From a virus, in IMG/VR virus record IMGVR_UViG_3300037483_000453, positions 1 to 64,000 of that record: a stretch of DNA of 64,000 nt, one strand, 5' to 3'. How positions within the stretch are numbered: position 1 is the first letter of the stretch; each line of letters starts with the position of its first letter. The notes under the pieces were generated by a model that saw only the letters and a list, made by a program, of their open reading frames with translations, ran no database searches and had not been told where the DNA came from. This document shows, piece after piece, positions 61,510 through 64,000 of the stretch. The position numbers and the translations under genes are program-made.

Positions 61510-64000
61510 ATGGCACACGTAGACCACACCGCTGCCTACGAGGACCTCCGAGACAACGTCTTGGCGGGCATTCGTGGTTCCTTTCCCATTGAGGGGGCTC
61601 AACAAACAGTTGAACTGCACGGCTTGGAAGTGAAGGAAGGGGACCTCCACGCTGACGATATCAAGGGTCAGCACCAGGCCAAGATTCAAGGCAAGACGTG
61701 GGCATCTACTGTTTTCGGGGACCTGTCAGTCCGAGACAACAAAACTGGGGAAGTCATCAGTCGGAAGAAAATACGCATGGCAGAGGTGCCACGGGTTACC
61801 CGAAGGCGTAGTCACATTATCAATGGGTCTGAGTACCAGGCGGACAATCAATGGCAGCTCAAGCCAGGTATCTACACCAAGCGCAGGGTCAACGGTGAGC
61901 TTGAGGCTGTATTCAATGTAACCAACCGACGCAACTTTGATATTGTGTTCAATCCTGAGAACAAACAGTTCATGATGCAGCGTGGTGGCTCAAAGGCCAT
62001 CCCGGTTTACCCATTACTTAAGACCCTGGGTGTGGATGATGACGCACTGAAGCATTCGTGGGGAGCAGACATTTTCGCTGCTAACAAGGATGCTAAAGGT
62101 GTCGCCACGGGCGTCGAGAAGTTTTTTCGTGTTGATAAAAAGCGGGCACCCAAAGACAAAAGAGAGGCTGAGGAGTATCTCATCGAGACGATGCAGGGTT
62201 CCACGCTGCGCCCTGACGCCACTAAAGCCACACTAGGCAAGGGGTACACCAGCGTTACTGGTGATGCCATGAGGCTCGCATCGGCAAAGCTGCTCGCTAT
62301 CCAGGCCGGTGCACCTGAAGACGATCGTGACTCCCTCCTCTATAAGGACCTGAGGACTGTTGGAGATTATGCCTACGACAAGATTACTAGCCGAGAGAGC
62401 CAGCGCTCCATCCGGGGCAAGGTGGTTCGCAAGATGTTCTCGGCTAAGGATGTACGAGACCTGGTCAAGTTTGACATGTTCAATGATCCGGTCCTCCAGA
62501 CATTCACAAAGAACTCAGCAGTACACATCGCGTCACAGGTAAACCCGGTAGAGATGATTGCTGGAGCCCAGCAGACCACTGTCATGGGGCCCGGTGGTGT
62601 GCAGAGCCAGAATGCTGTCGACAAGATGGTGGGTCTTAAGTTCGTGAACCCGTCTCACATGGGTTATTTGGACCCGGTGCGTACCCCCGAGTGCTACGAC
62701 GACATCACCGAGGTGTACACGGAACATGGTTGGAAGTTGTGGCGCGACGTAACGACAGCAGACGCATTGGCCTGCCGTATCGACGGGAGACTAGCGTTTC
62801 ATACGCCCGACAAGCTCCACGCATCACACTTTACCGGCACCATGTACGGAGCACGAACGGGGAAGATCAACTACCTGGTTACACCCAATCATCGGATGTA
62901 TGTGCGCCCTTATACGGCTCCTGGATGTTCTGAGTTCAGGATGAGTCGAGCGGACTCCATCCATGGCAAGGACAGGACTTTCTCTGCAGCTCACTTGCCA
63001 CTCAGTGGGTGTAGCCTAGGGTATTTTGAGCTCCCACATGTGGCTGGTAACAACTCCAGTCAAAATGTTGACAAGATCTCAATGCTCGATTGGGCTGAGT
63101 TCATGGGCTGGTACATCTCTGAGGGGTGTACGACCTATACAGAAGAGACCGCTTCCTACCTGGTTCGCATTGCGCAAAGCGGTGCCGTCAATCCAGAAGA
63201 GTGTGCACGCATTGAAGCGCTGTTGAATCGGCTGCCGTGGAAATGGTGTCGAGATGGAAAAAATACAAGTTACGCGATTGGTGTGAAGCAACTCGCCCAC
63301 TACACCAAGCAGTTCGGATATTCAGAAGACAAATACATACCCGAGTACTTTTTCTCGGAAGCGGTTGAAGTCAGGGAGGCGCTTCTTGAGTGCCTGTTGC
63401 TCGGCGATGGCCGTGTGAACAGTATCCGCGCGACTGGCAAGTCATATAAGCAGCAGGTGTACTGCACGTCCAGTTCGAGGCTGGCTGCGGACGTAGAGCG
63501 ACTGGCTATATCGCTGGGATACTCAGTTAGAACTGCCACCTACCCAGATAACCGCGAAGAACGTTACCTTGCTATACACGAGGTGCGACTTCTGAGGCAT
63601 GTAGAGCGTACGGCACTTCGACGAAAGGGTCACTATTTCACACAGGAGTACAGCGGGATGGTTTACTGCGCCACCGTGCCTGGTGGCCTACTTTTGACGC
63701 GACGCCAAGGCAGTGTTCCGGTGTGGCTAGGTAACAGCGAAAAGTCCGGTGTTGTACTGCGGCTACCCATGGGACTCAGGAAGCAAGGCAAAGAGCCAGC
63801 TATACCTTTGTACAACCTAAAGACAAACAAGGTGGAACTCGTTGGCCCCACCAAGTTTGGGCAGTCCGCTGTAGTGCTCCCAGACCAAGTTGAATGGAAG
63901 GCCGGCAAGCCGAAAGCCAAATCCACTAAGGTAAGGATCTCTACCAAGGGTAATGAGCCTGGTGAAGGTGCAATGAAGGACGCTGATTATGTGATGCGTC
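61510..64000 (+). CDS. rpoB: Phage-encoded multisubunit RNA polymerase beta subunit (5' part, continues beyond the window), with intein
   Basis: Manual translation from ATG 61510 is open to the window end: MAHVDH...KTGEVI..RMAEVPRVT..SHIINGSEY..QLKPGIY...MGPGGV...VNPSHMGYLDPVRTPE|intein|SEKSGVV. These match RpoB blocks GTFIINGTE, LGPGG, HPTHYGRVCPIETPEG. Confidence 0.9.
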   Translation, partial: MAHVDHTAAYEDLRDNVLAGIRGSFPIEGAQQTVELHGLEVKEGDLHADDIKGQHQAKIQGKTWASTVFGDLSVRDNKTGEVISRKKIRMAEVPRVTRRRSHIINGSEYQADNQWQLKPGIYTKRRVNGELEAVFNVTNRRNFDIVFNPENKQFMMQRGGSKAIPVYPLLKTLGVDDDALKHSWGADIFAANKDAKGVATGVEKFFRVDKKRAPKDKREAEEYLIETMQGSTLRPDATKATLGKGYTSVTGDAMRLASAKLLAIQAGAPEDDRDSLLYKDLRTVGDYAYDKITSRESQRSIRGKVVRKMFSAKDVRDLVKFDMFNDPVLQTFTKNSAVHIASQVNPVEMIAGAQQTTVMGPGGVQSQNAVDKMVGLKFVNPSHMGYLDPVRTPECYDDITEVYTEHGWKLWRDVTTADALACRIDGRLAFHTPDKLHASHFTGTMYGARTGKINYLVTPNHRMYVRPYTAPGCSEFRMSRADSIHGKDRTFSAAHLPLSGCSLGYFELPHVAGNNSSQNVDKISMLDWAEFMGWYISEGCTTYTEETASYLVRIAQSGAVNPEECARIEALLNRLPWKWCRDGKNTSYAIGVKQLAHYTKQFGYSEDKYIPEYFFSEAVEVREALLECLLLGDGRVNSIRATGKSYKQQVYCTSSSRLAADVERLAISLGYSVRTATYPDNREERYLAIHEVRLLRHVERTALRRKGHYFTQEYSGMVYCATVPGGLLLTRRQGSVPVWLGNSEKSGVVLRLPMGLRKQGKEPAIPLYNLKTNKVELVGPTKFGQSAVVLPDQVEWKAGKPKAKSTKVRISTKGNEPGEGAMKDADYVMR
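62692..63735 (+). mobile_element. Intein in RpoB (LAGLIDADG type, 348 aa)
   Basis: RTPE|CYDDITEVYTEHGW...TPNHRM...FMGWYISEG...LLLGDG...VWLGN|SEKSG. Confidence 0.92.

Noticed and set aside
61468-63947. Short ORFs listed by the track in this interval
   Set aside because: All overlap the continuous rpoB frame starting at 61510.
1-64000. Stop-codon reassignment, as in some large phages
   Set aside because: Long genes are intact in code 11 and end in TAG, TGA and TAA at tight gene junctions.

Overview
64 kb of a large, fairly GC-rich tailed bacteriophage genome (Caudoviricetes, contractile-tail type), read in standard genetic code. (1) 357-31832, + strand: dCTP deaminase, CHAP endolysin, small accessory genes, a free-standing HNH endonuclease, baseplate genes, several modular tail-fibre genes and a lysis-like membrane cassette. 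(2) 31866-50803, - strand: replication/recombination operon with RusA, Cas4-like and Hjc-like nucleases, RecA, HU, a family A DNA polymerase with two inteins, a gp32-like SSB, primase, DnaB helicase, family-4 UDG and an SF2 helicase. (3) 50903-57331, + strand: head module ending in an intein-containing portal. (4) 57389-61459, - strand: MoxR AAA+/vWA-metallopeptidase operon. (5) 61510 to window end: a phage-encoded RNA polymerase beta (RpoB-like) subunit with an intein, missed by the ORF track because it runs off the window. Most notable: a candidate -1 ribosomal frameshift (G_GGA_AAA, 8-nt spacer, stem-loop) in a replication-module gene; four inteins (one HNH-type with a nested HTH duplication, two closely similar to each other); a recurring K-x-A motif in head proteins; Q/P/Y-rich prion-like tracts in replication proteins; and a GGTAnnAT promoter-like motif close to start codons. 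All family assignments come from motif recognition by eye; no database search was run.
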